Shown: in pieces, positions 61,131 through 64,000 of the stretch
How positions within the stretch are numbered: position 1 is the first letter of the stretch
How the letters are laid out: each line of letters opens with the position of its first letter
DNA from: an uncultured Planctomycetota bacterium
GTDB taxonomy: Bacteria; Planctomycetota; Planctomycetia; Isosphaerales; Isosphaeraceae
Direction: 5' to 3'
Length of the DNA stretch: 64,000 nucleotides
NCBI GenBank assembly: GCA_963845755.1
Contig: CAWJTV010000011.1
Coordinates: 736,001-800,000 of the forward strand
Notes under the pieces: model-generated
What the model was told of the DNA's origin: nothing
Database searches by the model: none
Seen by the model: the letters and a program-made list of their open reading frames with translations, nothing else
Made by a program: the position numbers and the translations under genes

Positions 61131-62040
61131 ATGAGTACCGTATCGAAATCCGGGCCCAAGAAGTCCCGGAAGACCGACCCCTTTCGCTACGGCTGGCGGG
61201 ATGTGCGCGTCAAGTTGCCCGACGGGACCGTCACGGACGATACCGTGCCGTTGACCGAAGAGGACGTGCTCTTTCCCAAATTCGGGGATTTCATCGTGCA
61301 GACCACGCGTCACAACAGCGACGTGGGATACCTCAAGTATGTATTCGAGGCGCAACTGACGGGCGACCGCACGGCGGTCGTGATCTCGGATTGCCTTATC
61401 CAATGGAACCTGCCAGGCGTCCGTCCCTTGGGCCCGGACGCCGCGGTCTTCGTGGGCGTGAAGCTTCCCAACGAGTGGAAGACCTTCAACGTGAAGGCCG
61501 AGGGCGCGATCCCGAAGCTGGTGGTCGAGGTGACCTCGCCGAGCACGCGTCGGAACGATCTGGGCCGGAAGGTCGACTTCTATCATCGAGCCAAGGTGCC
61601 CTTCTACCTGATCGCCGACGCGGTCGGAGAGGCCACGGAACGCCGGATCGAATTGATCCTCTATCAGTACGCTCCCGAGGGATTCCGGCGGATCGAGCCG
61701 AACGCCCAGGGCCGGCTCTACCTGGAGGCCGTTCGGCTCTGGATCGGCGTCACGCACGACCGCCGGACCGGCTTCGAGCGGCTGGCGTGTTATGACCCCG
61801 AGACCGGAGCGGAGATCGGCGATTACCTGGCCCTGACGGAAGCCCACGCTCGTGCCGAGGCCGAGGCGCGCGAGGCCAAGCGTCAGGCCCAAGCCGCCCA
61901 GCGTCAGGTGCGCACCCAGACGAAGCGCGCCGAAGCCGAAACTCAGCGCCGAAGCCGAAGCCCAGGCGCGGGCGGCGGCCGAGGCCCGGATCCGCGAGCT
62001 GGAGGCCGAGCTGAAGCGATCTCACGGTCGCGGACGATAG
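61131..62040 (+). CDS. Uma2 (DUF820) family endonuclease-like protein with coiled-coil tail (frameshift ~61950)
   Basis: PDAAVF, PKLVVEVTSPSTRRND..KVDFY; tail ARIRELEAELKR in the next frame. Confidence 0.85.
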
Positions 62041-62103
62041 GGCCCCTGCATCGAGACCCGCTTTCCCGAGAGACCGACTGCCTATCGAAGAGGAGACTCC
62101 GCG

Positions 62104-62844
62104 ATGATGACACTCCGATCGGACCCGAGCTTCACGCCAGCCCCGCTGTCCCCTCCTCGCCCGTGGGCCCTCGCGATCGCGGCCGCGGGCCTGGTCATCG
62201 CATCGCTCGGGTTTGGCCAGACCGCGAAGGACCAACCGGGCGCCGGGTCCCAATCCAGCAAGCTCGTCCTCTTTGACGGCAAGAGCCTCGACGGCTGGAA
62301 GAAGGCCGACTTGCCCCGGGCGGGCGAGGTCAAGGTGGAGGATGGCAAGATCGTCATGAAGACCGACGACTCGATGGCCGGCATCACGACCACGCGCAAG
62401 GATCTACCTACCCTGGACTACGAATTGACCTACGAGGCCATGCGGCTGGATGGCTCCGACTTCTTCGCGGCGGCGACGTTCCCTGTCGGCAAATCGTACA
62501 TCACGCTGGTCAACGGCGGCTGGGGCGGCAACGTGACGGGTCTCTCCAGCCTCAACGGCCAGGACGCGTCGGAAAACGAGACCACGTGCGTCGTCATGTA
62601 TAAAAACAAGACCTGGTATCGGTTCCGCGTCCGCGTTACCGGGAAGGTGATCCGCTGCTGGGTCGACGACAAGGAGATCGTCGCCGTCAACTACCAGGAC
62701 CGGCACGTGGGCACCCGGCTCGAGACCCGGGACAATGAACCGCTGGGCTTCGCCACCTGGCACACCAGCGGCGCCTTGCGGAAGATCGAGATCCGTCCGC
62801 TGAAACCCGACGAGGTCGCGGCGGCGAACAAGATCGAGGAATGA
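62104..62844 (+). CDS. DUF1080 domain secreted protein
   Basis: Signal peptide; LFDGKSLDGW, DYELTYEAMRLDGSDFF, GGWGG, WYRFRVRV, LRKIEIRPL. Confidence 0.88.
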   Translation: MMTLRSDPSFTPAPLSPPRPWALAIAAAGLVIASLGFGQTAKDQPGAGSQSSKLVLFDGKSLDGWKKADLPRAGEVKVEDGKIVMKTDDSMAGITTTRKDLPTLDYELTYEAMRLDGSDFFAAATFPVGKSYITLVNGGWGGNVTGLSSLNGQDASENETTCVVMYKNKTWYRFRVRVTGKVIRCWVDDKEIVAVNYQDRHVGTRLETRDNEPLGFATWHTSGALRKIEIRPLKPDEVAAANKIEE

Positions 62845-62969
62845 CGCCCTCCGGTTGGGCGGAAGCGGGGGATCAACCTGCTAACGGCTCAAGGTGGTGA
62901 ATGAAACACAGGACTGGCCATGCTGTGCCGGCGGAGTCTTGCCCCGGCCACAGGGAGGTCCGGGACGGC

Positions 62970-64000
62970 CTAGGGTGCCCCGCTTGACGGGAAGTCGACG
63001 AAGAGAAGGCCGTTGACGACGTTATCCTTGAAGCAGGTCGGTATCGACGCGTTCACGTTCGGCGGCTCGGAGAACCTCAGGTCCACGATCCCCGTCGGCC
63101 GGCCGTCGAGCACGTCGAAGGCGATCTGGCAGAGTTCGGTCTCCTGGCCCGCCTGCCAGGGCCGCGGCGTGCCGGCGCCGTCGAAGAAGAGGATCAATAG
63201 ATCTTCACCCGACATGGTCCCGTTGAGGCTGACCGTGCCGGGCAGGCCCGCCCCGGGGTCAATTCTGACGAACCTGAGGGTGTCGGCGGGGAGGCGGACC
63301 TTCAGCTTCAACGAGCTGACGGCCACGTCGTTGCGCGGGCGCGCGATTACGCGGCAACGGGCCGGCTTGCCGAGCTGCACGCTGGCCGGGACCAGCCGGA
63401 GCGACTCTCCGAGGAGTTCCGACTGGCGGTTGAGGGTCTCCGAGAGCTTCTGCTGCAACTCCTTCAAGAGGACCATCAGGTTGGTACGCACGTCCGGCGG
63501 GGAGGTCCGCATGGTCCCGTAGAGTTCGAGGAGTACGTTCCTCCGGACGTCGAGCTCGGGCCTCAGCTCGCCGAGGGCCCTCAGGGCTGTCGCGTCGAGG
63601 CCGCACATGGACCGGAAGACCAGGCCGTCGCGACAACGCCACAGGAGTGTGGGGTTGGCCCAGGCCCGGTGGCCCTCGCCGAACTGCCCACGCTCGATGA
63701 CTTTCTTCCGGGCCCGGTTCAGCACCAGGTCGAGGCGTTCCCCGGAGAGCAACCCGCTATAGATCGCGCCCGAGAGGATCTCGGCGGCCTGCGACTCCAG
63801 GTCGAACTGCATCGCGATGACCGCGCCGACCGTCGTGTTCTTCAGCAAGTGGGCCGCGACCGAGTCGAAGCCGCGCTTCGACGACTTCGGTGGGCCTTGC
63901 GGGGCGGGCGCACCGGGTTGTTGGGCGCGGCGCAAGCGGTCAGGACCACGAGCCGCAGGTCGCGCGCGTCGTTGAGGTTGATCCCGAGATTCTCAGCACG
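62970..64000 (-). CDS. CHAT (caspase-like) domain protein with coiled coil and cohesin-like C-terminal domain (5' part outside window)
   Basis: LRLVVLTAC at ~63930-63960 (adjacent frame), AVIAMQF, LNRARK, WANPTL; C-terminal beta domain ..LRFVRIDPG..ELCQIAFDV..DLRFS. Confidence 0.7.

Overview
High-GC bacterial DNA, most likely a planctomycete of the Isosphaeraceae type (Singulisphaera/Aquisphaera-like). This is inferred from LEPRxLL-type exported proteins, an ECF sigma/Ser-Thr kinase pair, a DUF1800/DUF1501 pair and membrane-anchored ECF sigma factors. Most long genes, including gyrB and dnaN, are broken by small indels, so the frameshifts are probably assembly errors. The centre (~20.3-46.2 kb) is a tandem array of seven ~950-aa ECF-sigma / TM / repeated beta-sandwich fusion genes plus one copy without a sigma domain, interleaved with three toxin-antitoxin modules. 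A BlaI/BlaR1(M56) pair at 8.6-12 kb carries the same extracytoplasmic module. All seven sigma genes share an upstream GGGA(T/C/G)A-N18-CAGTA(T/C) motif and an internal Shine-Dalgarno plus in-frame ATG just before the TM helix. A triple TGCTA-N6-(T/C)AGCA operator/promoter occurs before blaI and again before DUF1800-DUF1501. The right part holds a SWIM-SNF2 helicase, gyrB, DUF721, dnaN, a DnaA-box region (no dnaA), an ArnT-like transferase, Uma2, DUF1080 and a CHAT protein. Intergenic DNA is rich in REP-like palindromes, MITEs and heptamer repeats. Family names come from motif recognition, not database searches.
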